From assembly GCA_041497675.1 (NCBI GenBank), contig JBGQGY010000008.1, positions 1 through 59,117 on the forward strand: DNA of 59,117 bases. Direction: 5' to 3'. The stretch comes from a bacterium (GTDB lineage: Bacteria; Sysuimicrobiota; Sysuimicrobiia; Sysuimicrobiales; Humicultoraceae). Each line of letters opens with the position of its first letter. The first letter of the stretch is position 1. A model generated the notes under the pieces. That model worked only from the letters and a program-made list of their open reading frames with translations, made no database searches and was not told the DNA's origin. Below, in pieces: positions 45,497 to 55,611 of the stretch. The position numbers were made by a program, and so were the translations under genes.

Positions 45497-45952
45497 ATGC
45501 GGGTCGATTCTCGCAAAATAGCGATCGCGGTTGGTGTGATCATCATCTTGGGGTTGGCGGGCGCCCTCTTATGGCGGCAGGTGCCCGCGGCCATGGGGCA
45601 GTCGTTCTCCGTCGGGTACGTGGAGATGCAGCGGGCGCTGGACAATCATCCGCGCAAGGTATCGTCCGAGCGGGCCCTCCAGGAGTTCTTCCAGGCCAAA
45701 CAGCGCGAGTTCCAGGAGCGGAGCAAGACGATGCAGCCCTTCCAGCGCCAGGAACTCGATCGCCAGTTGCAGCAGCAGATCCTCGAGAAGCGGGGCGAAC
45801 TGCTCGGTGGGCTCGACAAAGAGATCCGCGCGGCGGTGGAGCAGATCGCGAAGCAGAGCAACGTCACCATCGTGCTCGATCGTAGCGTCGTCCTCTTCGG
45901 TGGGGTCGATCTCACTGAAGCGGTCATCAAGTTCGTCAAGGGCGCTAAATAG
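45497..45952 (+). CDS. skp: OmpH/Skp family chaperone
   Basis: N-terminal hydrophobic segment, VGYVEMQRALDNHP, coiled coil, VTIVLDRSVVLFGGVDLTEAV. Confidence 0.85.
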   Translation: MRVDSRKIAIAVGVIIILGLAGALLWRQVPAAMGQSFSVGYVEMQRALDNHPRKVSSERALQEFFQAKQREFQERSKTMQPFQRQELDRQLQQQILEKRGELLGGLDKEIRAAVEQIAKQSNVTIVLDRSVVLFGGVDLTEAVIKFVKGAK

Positions 45953-45953
45953 G

Positions 45954-47105
45954 ATGCGAGACGTCTGGGCTGCCGGGTCACTGCTGGCCGTGCTTCTCGT
46001 GGCGGCCGCGTGCGGGCCCCAGACCGTCAGCCCGGCTGCCACGCCGGCACCGAGCCCCTCGCCGGCGGCAGTGGCCTCGGCGGCGCCGACGGCATACACC
46101 GTGGCCGTAGTCGACCTCATCATGATCTTCAAGGCCCACCGGCGCTGGCCTGAGCTCGAGGCCATCGGCAAGAAGATCCAGACGATTCAGATTCGGCTGG
46201 CGAGCCCCCCCGCGCCGCCACCGTTGCCCCAGCCCGCCGATCTGGAAAAGGAACTGCAGCAGGAGGCCGAACGGATCGGGGCAGGGATGCGGGAGGAGAT
46301 GAAGGCGCTGGAGGCGCAGGCCAGGGCGCGTCTTGAGGTCTATGCCAACGAACTGAGAGCGGAGCACGAGGCCAAGCTCGCCGAGAAGCAGCGGCAGCTC
46401 AACACCGAACTGCAGCAGGCCATGGAAACCAAACGTGATGAACTGCAACGGGAGTTGGAGAAGTTCGAACTGGCCACGATGGCCGAGTATCGGATCCCGC
46501 TGCTGAACCTCCGGCTGAAAGCCGACGTCGTGGGCGTCACCAACGAAGAAGAAGCCAAGAAGCTGACCGCGGAGGCCGAACGGCTCGCGACTGAGCGCGA
46601 TGGGAAGATCCGTGCGAAGGCGCAGGGGTTGGGGAAAAACCTGGAGGACTTCCAGAAAGCGAAAAGCGGCGACGCCGAGTCCCAGTTCAAGGCGCTGATC
46701 TCCTCGGCCGAGGACGAAGCCAACGTCAAGATCAAGGAGAAGGAAGCTGCGGAGCGCGCTGCGCTCGAAACGGCGGCGAGAGAGCGAGAGGCGATCGTGC
46801 ACAAGGCGGTCGAAGAGCGTCGCCGCGTGCTGGTTGGTGGGACAGAGCAGCAGGCGCGCGAAGCCCAGGAACGATACCGCAAGCAGCTCCAGGCGGAGGG
46901 GACGCGGCTGCAGGCGGAACTTCAAGAGTTGCACGGTCAGCGGATTCGGCTCGAGGACAGCGTGTTGGCTGAGATCAAGATCGAGATTGCGACGCTTGCC
47001 GCACAGAGAAAGGTCGATGCCGTGCTGATGCGCGCCGTGGCGACCGTCAACGCGATCGATCTTACGCAGGACGTCATCGCCCGCGTCAAGCGGCAGCAGA
47101 ACTAA
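45954..47105 (+). CDS. Elongated OmpH-like coiled-coil lipoprotein
   Basis: Lipobox VAAAC, VAVVDL..IFKAH, long coiled coil, C-terminal VDAVL...IDLTQDVI; start ATG 45954. Confidence 0.7.
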   Translation: MRDVWAAGSLLAVLLVAAACGPQTVSPAATPAPSPSPAAVASAAPTAYTVAVVDLIMIFKAHRRWPELEAIGKKIQTIQIRLASPPAPPPLPQPADLEKELQQEAERIGAGMREEMKALEAQARARLEVYANELRAEHEAKLAEKQRQLNTELQQAMETKRDELQRELEKFELATMAEYRIPLLNLRLKADVVGVTNEEEAKKLTAEAERLATERDGKIRAKAQGLGKNLEDFQKAKSGDAESQFKALISSAEDEANVKIKEKEAAERAALETAAREREAIVHKAVEERRRVLVGGTEQQAREAQERYRKQLQAEGTRLQAELQELHGQRIRLEDSVLAEIKIEIATLAAQRKVDAVLMRAVATVNAIDLTQDVIARVKRQQN

Positions 47106-47106
47106 G

Positions 47107-47550
47107 ATGCGGCTGCGACGTGGAGCGATGGTCAGGTGGCGGACGGCGCTGATAGCCGTCCTCGGGCTTGTCGTCTTGACCGCGGCCGGTTGCCGGAGCG
47201 GCCAGGTCGGACTGGTGGACAGCCGGCGAATTATCACCGAGAGCGCACGGGCCCTGCGGTTTCAAAAGGACATCGACGATCGTGAACGGGCGATGGCGCA
47301 AGATCTTCAGATGCTTGCTAACCAGTTATCCAAAGAGGACCTCGACGCGCGCCGGGCCCAGTACTTTCAAGAGCTTCAGGCCCTCCGTGCTCAGCTCGAG
47401 CAGACGCTCAACCGCGAAGTGCACGATGCGCTGCAGCAGGTCGTGAAAGAGAAGCGCCTGCGTGGTGTGATGACGAAAGGCCCCGTTGTCTACAGTCGGC
47501 CCGGCTCCACCGTCGATATCACCCAGGACGTGATCGACCGGCTCCGCTAG
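47107..47550 (+). CDS. OmpH-like lipoprotein
   Basis: Lipobox [25 protein letters not shown]; the start may be 47128. Confidence 0.78.
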   Translation: MRLRRGAMVRWRTALIAVLGLVVLTAAGCRSGQVGLVDSRRIITESARALRFQKDIDDRERAMAQDLQMLANQLSKEDLDARRAQYFQELQALRAQLEQTLNREVHDALQQVVKEKRLRGVMTKGPVVYSRPGSTVDITQDVIDRLR

Positions 47551-47594
47551 GACGGCCGGGACGCCGGTCGCCGCGGTGCCGGCAGGAGACAGCG

Positions 47595-48626
47595 ATGAAA
47601 CTCTCGCACCTGGCGGCGCTCACCAGGGTCGACCTGGCCGGAGACGGCGAGGTTGAGATTCACGGTGTTGCAGACTCGGCGCACCCACGTCCCGGTGCAC
47701 TCCTCTATGTGGCCGATCCCCGGCGGGTGTCCGACGCGGACCGGTCCGAAGCCGCGGCGCTGCTCGTAGGTGCAGATGCGCCCCCAACGGCCAAACCTGC
47801 GCTTCGCGCCGCCAATCCACGTGCCGCGTTTGCGCGCGTGCTCGCGGCGTTCGCGCCGCCCCCGGCCGATGCGGGTATGCATCCGACGGCGGTCGTCGCT
47901 CCGGATGCCCAGATTGGGTCCAACGTGGTTCTCGGCGCGCACGTCGCGATCGGCGCGGGCGTGGTCGTCGGCTCGGACTCTCGGATTCTGGCGGGCACCG
48001 TGCTCGGGGCGGGTACGCGGATTGGGACGGAGTGCCTGGTGCATCCGAATGTCACCATCTACCCGCACAGCGTCCTGGGTGACCGCGTGATCATCCACAG
48101 CGGGGTCGTGATCGGCAGTGACGGCTTTGGCTATGCATTCGAGGACGGGACCCATCTCAAGATCCCGCACACGGGCCGAGTGGTCATCGAGGACGACGTG
48201 GAGATCGGCGCCAACACCACGGTGGATCGAGGGACGATCGGAGACACGCGCATCGGCCGCGGCACCAAGATCGACAACCTGGTCCAGATTGCGCACAACG
48301 TCGTCATCGGCGCAGGCTGTTTGATCGTCGCCCAATCTGGGATCGCCGGCAGCAGCCGGATTGGTGCGGGAGTCATCCTCGCCGCGCAGGCCGGCGTGGC
48401 GGATCACCAGACGGTCGGGGATGCCGCCCGGGTGCTCGGCCGAGGGGGCGTTACGCGGGCGATCCCTCCGGGTGCGATCGTGTCGGGATTCCCGGCGCGC
48501 GACCATCACGAGGAGTTGCGGGCTATGGCCATCGCGCGGCGCCTGCCGGAGCTGCTCAAGCGGCTTGCGGCGCTGGAGGCGCTCCTGGCCGAGCGGGGTG
48601 TTCTCCCCCCCCGGCGATCCGGATGA
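47595..48626 (+). CDS. lpxD: UDP-3-O-acyl-glucosamine N-acyltransferase
   Basis: [34 protein letters not shown], hexapeptide repeats. Confidence 0.95.
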   Translation: MKLSHLAALTRVDLAGDGEVEIHGVADSAHPRPGALLYVADPRRVSDADRSEAAALLVGADAPPTAKPALRAANPRAAFARVLAAFAPPPADAGMHPTAVVAPDAQIGSNVVLGAHVAIGAGVVVGSDSRILAGTVLGAGTRIGTECLVHPNVTIYPHSVLGDRVIIHSGVVIGSDGFGYAFEDGTHLKIPHTGRVVIEDDVEIGANTTVDRGTIGDTRIGRGTKIDNLVQIAHNVVIGAGCLIVAQSGIAGSSRIGAGVILAAQAGVADHQTVGDAARVLGRGGVTRAIPPGAIVSGFPARDHHEELRAMAIARRLPELLKRLAALEALLAERGVLPPRRSG

Positions 48627-49471
48627 CGGTGGGGGAGTCCCAGCGCACGCTGGCCGGCCCGGTGACGGTTGCCGGGATCGGTCTGCACTCCGGTGCGCAC
48701 GCCGTCGCCCGCCTGCTGCCCGGCCCTCCCGATCACGGCGTCGTGTTTCGCCGGGTCGATCTTGCGGATGGGCCGGTCGTCCCGGCGCGGCTCAGCGAAG
48801 TCGTCGAAACGGCGTTTGGCGTCGTCTTAGGGCGGCGCGTCCGCGTGGCCACGGTCGAGCACCTGTTGTCCGCCGCGCGCGGGGTCGGCGTGGACAACCT
48901 GATGGTCGAACTGCACGGTGAGGAGCTGCCTTGTGGCGATGGAAGCGCGCGGGTGTTCGTCGAGGCGTTTCACGAAGCCGGAGTCGTCGATCAAGGCGTC
49001 CCACGCTCGTATATCACGCTTGATTCAACGCTCACGGTTGGCGACGGCGCAAGTCTCATCGCCGCTGTGCCATCATCACGCTTCCACGTGACCTGTGTGG
49101 CGACCGTCGATCGCACCAGCCTCCCCCCGCAGATCGCCGAATATGACGCGCAGATTGACGACTATGCTGCCGCGATTGCACCCGCGCGGACCTGGGGGCT
49201 GTGGGAAGACGAGGCCACGCTCAAGGCCCGCGGCTTCGCGCGCGGCGCATCGCTGGCGACGGCCCTCATCATCGGTCCGGACGGGTTTCTGAACCCTCCG
49301 CGCTTTCCCAACGAACTGGCCCGGCACAAGATTCTCGACGCCGTCGGTGACCTCGCGCTGCTGGGTCGGCCCCTTCGTGCGCACGTCGTCGCGGTGCGGT
49401 CCGGGCATAGGCTCCACGTCGCTTTGGCCCGCGAGATCGCGCGGTGTCTGGGGCACCCCACCCATGCGTGA
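48623..49471 (+). CDS. lpxC: UDP-3-O-acyl-GlcNAc deacetylase
   Basis: [40 protein letters not shown]. Confidence 0.95.
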   Translation: MTVGESQRTLAGPVTVAGIGLHSGAHAVARLLPGPPDHGVVFRRVDLADGPVVPARLSEVVETAFGVVLGRRVRVATVEHLLSAARGVGVDNLMVELHGEELPCGDGSARVFVEAFHEAGVVDQGVPRSYITLDSTLTVGDGASLIAAVPSSRFHVTCVATVDRTSLPPQIAEYDAQIDDYAAAIAPARTWGLWEDEATLKARGFARGASLATALIIGPDGFLNPPRFPNELARHKILDAVGDLALLGRPLRAHVVAVRSGHRLHVALAREIARCLGHPTHA

Positions 49472-49506
49472 CGGCGACGCGCTGACGTCGGGCGCGGAGG
49501 TCGGTC

Positions 49507-50340
49507 GTGTCTGAACCAGCAGGCATCACGCCTCCACCCGTCATCCACCCGACGGCGATCGTGCACGGCAGCGCTCGCCTCGAACACGGTGTGGAGATCG
49601 GACCCTACGCGGTCGTCGGCGCGAACGCGGTGATCGGGGCCGGCACCGTGGTGGGGGCCCACAGCGTGATCCACGATGATGTCACGCTGGGGCGCAACAA
49701 CCAGATCGAGCCACACGTCGTGATCGGCGGGCGACCTCAGGATCGCTCGTACAGCGGCGAGCGGACCCGCACGGTGATCGGCGACGCGAACATCTTCAGC
49801 GCGTTTGCCAGCGTGGACCGCGCGACCGGCGAAGGACTGGAGACCCGCATGGGCAGCGGGATCTACCTCATGTCGTTTGCGAAAGTGAGCCACAACTGCG
49901 TGGTGGGTGACGGCGTCACCATTGTCAGCGGCGTGGGGATTGGCGGATGGGCGCACATCGGCCCCCAGGCGTATCTGGGCGGGTTATCCGGCGTGCACCA
50001 ATTCGTGCACATCGGCCGCATGGTGATGGTTGGGGGCAAGGCAGGCGTGAGCCAGGACATTCCCCCGTTCGTTCTTGTGGCGGGACTCCGCGCCCGGGCC
50101 AGAGGACTGAATAGGGTGGGGCTGCAGCGCCACGGCGTGCCGATGACCGATCGCCTGGCCCTGCGCCGCGCGTTTCGCATGTACTTCCAGAGCGGTCTGT
50201 CGATGGCAGGGGCGCTAGAGGCCCTCGAAGAGGAGGCCGGCAAGAGCTCGCGAGTCCGCGAGTTCACGGAGTTTATCCGCTCGGCCCGAGATCGCAGGCG
50301 GGGGATCGTGCGATGGCAGGAAGAGCCAATCACCGGGTAG
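49507..50340 (+). CDS. lpxA: Acyl-ACP:UDP-GlcNAc O-acyltransferase
   Basis: IHPTAIV, GGRPQD, SHNC, VHQFVHIG, QDIPPF, GLNRVGLQR. Confidence 0.93.
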   Translation: MSEPAGITPPPVIHPTAIVHGSARLEHGVEIGPYAVVGANAVIGAGTVVGAHSVIHDDVTLGRNNQIEPHVVIGGRPQDRSYSGERTRTVIGDANIFSAFASVDRATGEGLETRMGSGIYLMSFAKVSHNCVVGDGVTIVSGVGIGGWAHIGPQAYLGGLSGVHQFVHIGRMVMVGGKAGVSQDIPPFVLVAGLRARARGLNRVGLQRHGVPMTDRLALRRAFRMYFQSGLSMAGALEALEEEAGKSSRVREFTEFIRSARDRRRGIVRWQEEPITG

Positions 50341-51149
50341 GCTTGCTGGCCGGCACCGGGACGTTTCCGGAGCTGGTCGCGTCGGAGATCAAGACGCGCG
50401 GCCATGACCTGGTGTGCGTGCAGGTCGCCGGTGGCGTGGGGAACCTGGCCGCCATCGCCGACCACTACCGTCAGTGCGCGCCCGGGGCGCTGGCTGAGGT
50501 CGTCGAGACGATGCGGGCGCACGGCGTCCACGAAGTCGTGGTCGCGGGGCGTTTTCAGCGCGCCGATCTGCTCGCCGAGGGTGATGCGCTGCGCGACGCC
50601 ACGCTCGCCAACGTGGAAGACCGCCGCGACGCGCAGGCATTCGAGCGGGTCACGGCCCTGCTGCGTACCTTGGGGATCGTGCTCGTCGAGCAGACCCGGT
50701 TTGTTGGCCACCTCCTCGCGCCCGTGGGCGTGTTGACGGCCCGCGCCCCATCGCCCGAGGAGGCAGCCGATGTCAGGTTCGGGACGAAGATCGCGCGCTC
50801 GATGGCCGATCTGGACGTCGGCCAAACCGTCGTGGTACGCGGCGGCGTGATCCTGGCCGTCGAGGCGGCTGAGGGGACCGACGCGACCATCAGGCGCGGC
50901 GGCGCGATGGTTCAGGGCGTGGTGGTCGTCAAGGTGAGCCGACGTCTGCAGGATCCGAGATTCGATATCCCGGTGATTGGGCCGGAGACCATCGCGTCCA
51001 TGCGAGCGATCGGCGCGCGGGCCCTGGGGATTGACGGCCGGCGCACGCTCATCGTCCATCGAGAACGCGTCATCGTTGAGGCTGACGCGGCCGGGATCAC
51101 CATCGTTGCGGCCGACACCCCGCCCCTGGGGGCGCCCGTCGATGGCTGA
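50313..51149 (+). CDS. lpxI: UDP-2,3-diacylglucosamine pyrophosphatase LpxI
   Basis: GLLAGTGTFP, DVGQTVVV, AVEAAEGTD, QDPRFDIPVIG. Confidence 0.9.
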   Translation: MAGRANHRVGLLAGTGTFPELVASEIKTRGHDLVCVQVAGGVGNLAAIADHYRQCAPGALAEVVETMRAHGVHEVVVAGRFQRADLLAEGDALRDATLANVEDRRDAQAFERVTALLRTLGIVLVEQTRFVGHLLAPVGVLTARAPSPEEAADVRFGTKIARSMADLDVGQTVVVRGGVILAVEAAEGTDATIRRGGAMVQGVVVVKVSRRLQDPRFDIPVIGPETIASMRAIGARALGIDGRRTLIVHRERVIVEADAAGITIVAADTPPLGAPVDG

Positions 51150-52317
51150 GGCTGACGCGGCTCGCCGAGTGTTCATGCTGGCTGGTGAGGTCTCGGGTGA
51201 TGCGCACGGCGGCGACTTGGCGCGCGAAATCCGTGCGCTCCATGCGCCGGTGCGTCTCGAAGGCGTCGGCGGACGGCGCATGGCTTCATCGGGGGTGCGC
51301 ATTCTTGAGGACAGCACAGCGTGGGGCGTCATAGGGTGGATCGAGGTCGCTCGTCACGTCCCGACATTCCTCAGACGCCTGGACGCGATCACCAGGCTCC
51401 TGCTGGCGGACCCCCCCGACGTGTTGGTGCTGATCGACTTTCCGGGATTCAATCTCGAAGTGTTGAAACGTGTGCACGGCCGTGTCCACGCCATCTACTA
51501 TGTACCGCCGATGGTCGCCGTGCGGCGCGGCCGGCGCGCCGAGCGCGTGGCGTCGCTGGGCGCGCGCCTGCTGGCCATCTTCCCATTTGAGGCCGAGGCA
51601 TACCGCAGGGCGGGCGCCGACGTCCTGTTCGTCGGGCACCCGGCAGTCGATCTTGCGGCGGCGGCCGAGCCGTCCGACGTGGTCCGCGCGCGCCTGGGGA
51701 TCGCGCCATCCGCGCCCGTCGTCGGGCTGCTGCCGGGGAGCCGTTGGCAGGAGTTGCACCTCCTCATGAACCGCATGCTCAGCGCCGCGCGGCTGATCCG
51801 GCAGGTCGAACCCAGCACGACCTTCTTGATCGCGCTGGCGTCGCCGATCTACCGCGAAGCGGTGACGGCCGCCGTCGCCTCGTCCGGCGTGCCGGTGACG
51901 ATTGTCGACGGCGCCCGCGACGTGATGGCGGCGAGCACCGTGCTGCTGATGGCATCGGGGACGGCGACGGTCGAGGCCATGGTCCTTGGCGTGCCCATGG
52001 TCGTGACATACCGTGCCTCGTGGTCGTCGTATGTGATCGCGCACCTTGCGGTCAGCACACGATGGGCGTCGATCCCAAACATCCTGGCCGGGCAGACGGT
52101 TGTTCCGGAACTGTTGCAGGCGCAGGCGACGTCAGAGAAGATGGGTAAGGCGGTCCTCGCGCTGCTTGGCGATGCGGAGGCCCGCCGGCGGATGCAGACG
52201 CGGCTGCGGACCCTGGCCGCGATGCTTGGTGAACCGGGCGCGCCGAGGCGGGCGGCCGCCGAGGTGCTGGCGGCGCTCGGCGGCGTTCCCTTGAAGACGG
52301 CCGTTGCGGTCCAGTAG
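51142..52317 (+). CDS. lpxB: Lipid-A-disaccharide synthase
   Basis: AGEVSGD, IDFPGFN, IFPFE, FVGHP, LLPGSR, SGTATVE, VVPELLQ; start ATG 51142. Confidence 0.95.
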   Translation: MAEADAARRVFMLAGEVSGDAHGGDLAREIRALHAPVRLEGVGGRRMASSGVRILEDSTAWGVIGWIEVARHVPTFLRRLDAITRLLLADPPDVLVLIDFPGFNLEVLKRVHGRVHAIYYVPPMVAVRRGRRAERVASLGARLLAIFPFEAEAYRRAGADVLFVGHPAVDLAAAAEPSDVVRARLGIAPSAPVVGLLPGSRWQELHLLMNRMLSAARLIRQVEPSTTFLIALASPIYREAVTAAVASSGVPVTIVDGARDVMAASTVLLMASGTATVEAMVLGVPMVVTYRASWSSYVIAHLAVSTRWASIPNILAGQTVVPELLQAQATSEKMGKAVLALLGDAEARRRMQTRLRTLAAMLGEPGAPRRAAAEVLAALGGVPLKTAVAVQ

Positions 52318-52344
52318 GATGAGGCACGTGGAGGCCCACTGACG

Positions 52345-52938
52345 ATGTCCCGGCGCGGTCGATGGGTGCTCGTCGGCGCGTTCGCCGCCGCGATCCTGTT
52401 TATCCTCTGGCTATTGCTCCGTGGTCCGACGGGTGCGCCGCAGGCGGCGCCGGTCCTGCGCCGTACGGCCGCGACGCCGCAGCCGACGCCAACGGCCCGG
52501 GGCGGTCAGATCCCCCCTGTCGAAGCCGAGCAAACGACGATTACGACGGCGGACGACAAGGGCAGGAGGCAATGGGAGATTCACGCGGACGTCGTCGTAA
52601 TCGACAGTGCGTCGAACACCGCCCAACTGACGAAGGTACGGGGCACATACTTTCAGAAGGGCGAACCCGTCGTGACGTTCAGCGCGCCGCGGGGCGTCTT
52701 CTATGTCCAGACGCGCAACATGGCGCTGGTAGACGGCGTGCACGCGGCGGCCACGTCGGGTCGGACGATCGACGCGCGAGAGGTCACCTGGCACATGAAG
52801 ACGCAGTTGATCCAAGCGGTCGGTGCCGTCGTTCTCCGCCAGAAGGGTCTGACCGTGCGCGCCGATCGGGTGACCACCGACCTGAAGCTGACAAATGCGA
52901 AGTTGGAGGGGAACGTCCGCGTCGATGTGGTTGAGTAG
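52345..52938 (+). CDS. lptC: LPS export ABC transporter periplasmic protein LptC
   Basis: N-terminal TM, GRRQWEIHA, beta-jellyroll; position between lpxB and lptA/lptB. Confidence 0.75.
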   Translation: MSRRGRWVLVGAFAAAILFILWLLLRGPTGAPQAAPVLRRTAATPQPTPTARGGQIPPVEAEQTTITTADDKGRRQWEIHADVVVIDSASNTAQLTKVRGTYFQKGEPVVTFSAPRGVFYVQTRNMALVDGVHAAATSGRTIDAREVTWHMKTQLIQAVGAVVLRQKGLTVRADRVTTDLKLTNAKLEGNVRVDVVE

Positions 52939-53800
52939 GGGTGCGGGCCTCGCAGGTCTCACGATCGCGCTGGCGGTGGGCGCGTGGTGGGTCGCGCCGA
53001 CGACCGCCCAGACGTCCCCGCCGGCCCAGGCATTGCCGATCGATGTGACCGGTGTGACCTTCGCCGAGATGGATGATGCGACGGGCATCACGCGGATGGA
53101 GGGTTCGCCGCTGGTGGTCACCCGGGGCCGGACGGTCATCAAGGCGCTCCGGGCGCGCTACGATCGGCGAACGCAAGTTCTCACGGCGGAAGGCGCCGTG
53201 GAGGCCGTTGAGCAGGGGGTCACGATCCGTGCCGACGCCGCCGAATACCGGCTCGACGACGAGTCGGTCAGTGCTCGTGGCAACGTGCGGATGACGAGCG
53301 TCGCCCAGGGTGCGTCCCCGGAGCAGTTGCCGACGACACTCTTGACTCCCGAAGTGTCAGGGTCGCTGCGAACGCGGCGTTTCGTGGCCTCGGGCGGCGT
53401 GACGATCGTCCGCGGGGCATGGACGGTCAGCGGGCGTCGCGCCGAGTATGACGACGGCACCAAGGCAGCCGTCGTGACCGGCGAGCCACACGTTCGGTTT
53501 GGGGACGGCGTCATGACTGCGGATGTCCTGATCATGTTTCTGGACACTGAGACCATGCGGGCGGAGGGGTCGGTCCAGTTGCGGCGCGGCGACCTTACGG
53601 GGCGGGCTCAGCGCGCGGACGTGTCGCTGAAGGCTCAGGTGGCGGTGTTTACAGGCAATGCGCGCGTCGATCGAGGCGCCGACCACGTGACGGCCGATGT
53701 GATCGAGACCACGCTGGACGGACAGCGAATCACCGCGCGCGGGGCGTCACGCCTGGTCGTCACCTCGCCGGACCCTACCGCGACTCCCCCGCCGCGATGA
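52925..53800 (+). CDS. LptA/OstA-like beta-jellyroll protein (double length)
   Basis: Signal peptide, repeated A.G.V / ADxxxY OstA-like units; position between lptC and lptB. Confidence 0.72.
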   Translation: MWLSRGAGLAGLTIALAVGAWWVAPTTAQTSPPAQALPIDVTGVTFAEMDDATGITRMEGSPLVVTRGRTVIKALRARYDRRTQVLTAEGAVEAVEQGVTIRADAAEYRLDDESVSARGNVRMTSVAQGASPEQLPTTLLTPEVSGSLRTRRFVASGGVTIVRGAWTVSGRRAEYDDGTKAAVVTGEPHVRFGDGVMTADVLIMFLDTETMRAEGSVQLRRGDLTGRAQRADVSLKAQVAVFTGNARVDRGADHVTADVIETTLDGQRITARGASRLVVTSPDPTATPPPR

Positions 53801-53818
53801 GAGCGACGAAGCCGTAGC

Positions 53819-54535
53819 ATGCTGGCGGCCAAAGGGCTCCTCAAACGGTACGGTGACCGCACGGTCGTCGACGGCGTCGATATCAGTGTCGAACGGGGTG
53901 AGATCGTGGGGCTCCTTGGCCCCAACGGCGCCGGAAAGACGACGACCTTCTACATCATGGTCGGTCTGATCCGACCAGAGGCGGGAGACGTCTGGCTCGA
54001 CGATCTGCCGATCACCCATCTGCCGGTGCACCTGCGGGCCAGACGCGGGATCGGCTACCTGGCCCAAGAGCCGTCCATCTTCCGCGGTCTCACCGTCGAG
54101 CAGAATATTCAAGTCGTCCTCGAGGCGAACGGCAGCCCAGAAGACAAACGGTCGGAGATCACCACCCGGCTGCTCGAAGAGTTTCATCTGGAACGGGCTC
54201 GCACGCAATTGGGCGCCACCCTGTCGGGCGGCGAGCGGCGGCGCGTCGAGATCGCGCGGGTGCTGGCCATGAACCCGTCGTTCATGCTCCTGGACGAACC
54301 GTTCACCGGCGTCGACCCGAAGTCGGTGTCTGAGATCCAGGAGATCGTCGTGCAGCTGCGCGACCGAGGTCTGGGTGTGATCATTACCGACCACAACGTG
54401 CGCGACACGCTGGCGATCACCGATCGGTCCGAAATCATCCACGAGGGTCGGATCCTTCTCACCGGGACCGTCGACGAGATCATGGCCAGCGAGGACGCGC
54501 GGCGCCTCTACCTGGGCGAGCGCTTCCGGCTCTAA
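53819..54535 (+). CDS. lptB: LPS export ABC transporter ATPase
   Basis: GLLGPNGAGKTTTFY, YLAQEPSIFR, LSGGERRRVEIAR, LLDEPF, ITDHNVRDTL, YLGERFRL. Confidence 0.96.
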   Translation: MLAAKGLLKRYGDRTVVDGVDISVERGEIVGLLGPNGAGKTTTFYIMVGLIRPEAGDVWLDDLPITHLPVHLRARRGIGYLAQEPSIFRGLTVEQNIQVVLEANGSPEDKRSEITTRLLEEFHLERARTQLGATLSGGERRRVEIARVLAMNPSFMLLDEPFTGVDPKSVSEIQEIVVQLRDRGLGVIITDHNVRDTLAITDRSEIIHEGRILLTGTVDEIMASEDARRLYLGERFRL

Positions 54536-54537
54536 AC

Positions 54538-55611
54538 ATGCCCCTGATCGATCGTTACATCCTGCGCCAGGTCGGCGAAACGTTCCTGCTCGGTCTCGGG
54601 CTCTTCACCTCCATCGTCCTGCTCCCCCAAGTGTTTTTTCTCGCCCGCCTCGCATCGGAAACACAAATCGGCCTCCGGACGAATCTGGAGCTCCTGGTGC
54701 TGAAAACGCCGTTCCTCGTCGGAACGTACACCCTGCCCTTCGCGACGCTGTTTGCCGTGCTGCTGGCCTTTGGCCGTCTGTCCGACCGCAACGAGGTGAC
54801 GGCGTTGCGCACCAGCGGGTGGAGTCTGGCACGCGTGGCCGCACCGGTCGTGGCGGCCGGCGTCGCGGTGACGGTGATCACCCTGATGATCAACGAGTTT
54901 GTCGTCCCGAAAACCGAGACGCGATACCGCACCACGCTGAGCGAGGTGTTTCGCGCTCCCTCGCCGCTGATTCAGCACAACGTCTTGTTTCGAGAGCGGG
55001 TTGATGATCTGGATTCGGTATTCTACGCGCGAGAATTGAATCCCCAGAGTGGCACGATGACCGGGGTGGTCATCAGCCAGTTTCGGGATGACCGGTTGCT
55101 GCTGCGCGTGATCGAGGCCAGGGCGGCGCGCTACGAAGAGGGCGGCTGGTGGGTATTGCAGGGCGGCACGATCTATCTGGTACGCACCGGCGTGCAGAGC
55201 ACGTTCGATGAGATCAGGGTTCGCATGAAGCGCGCACCCCGGCAGATCGCGCCGCCGCGGCGCGACCCCTACGAGATGACGATTCGCGAGTTACGCCAGC
55301 AGATCGCCGCCCTTCAGGCCGCGGGCGAGGGCGCCCTACGCCACATGGTCGCCCTACAAGCGAAGATGGCGCTCCCCACCAGCAGCGTCATCTTCGCCCT
55401 CCTGGCTGTGCCGTTGGGGCTGCGGCCGCATCGCTCGGGGCGATCGATCGGTTTCGGATTGACCGTCGTGGTGCTCCTCTGTTACTACGTCATGATTTCG
55501 ATCACGCTCACGCTCGGCGAAAGCGGGCGCATCGCGGCGTTTTGGGCCGCATGGACTCCAAACCTCCTCGTCGCTGTGACCGGCGCGTACCTGCTCTGGC
55601 GCTCCCGGTGA
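54538..55611 (+). CDS. LptF/LptG family permease (single copy)
   Basis: IDRYIL, GRLSDRNEVTALRTSG, NEFVVP, EMTIREL, AAWTPNL. Confidence 0.9.
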   Translation: MPLIDRYILRQVGETFLLGLGLFTSIVLLPQVFFLARLASETQIGLRTNLELLVLKTPFLVGTYTLPFATLFAVLLAFGRLSDRNEVTALRTSGWSLARVAAPVVAAGVAVTVITLMINEFVVPKTETRYRTTLSEVFRAPSPLIQHNVLFRERVDDLDSVFYARELNPQSGTMTGVVISQFRDDRLLLRVIEARAARYEEGGWWVLQGGTIYLVRTGVQSTFDEIRVRMKRAPRQIAPPRRDPYEMTIRELRQQIAALQAAGEGALRHMVALQAKMALPTSSVIFALLAVPLGLRPHRSGRSIGFGLTVVVLLCYYVMISITLTLGESGRIAAFWAAWTPNLLVAVTGAYLLWRSR

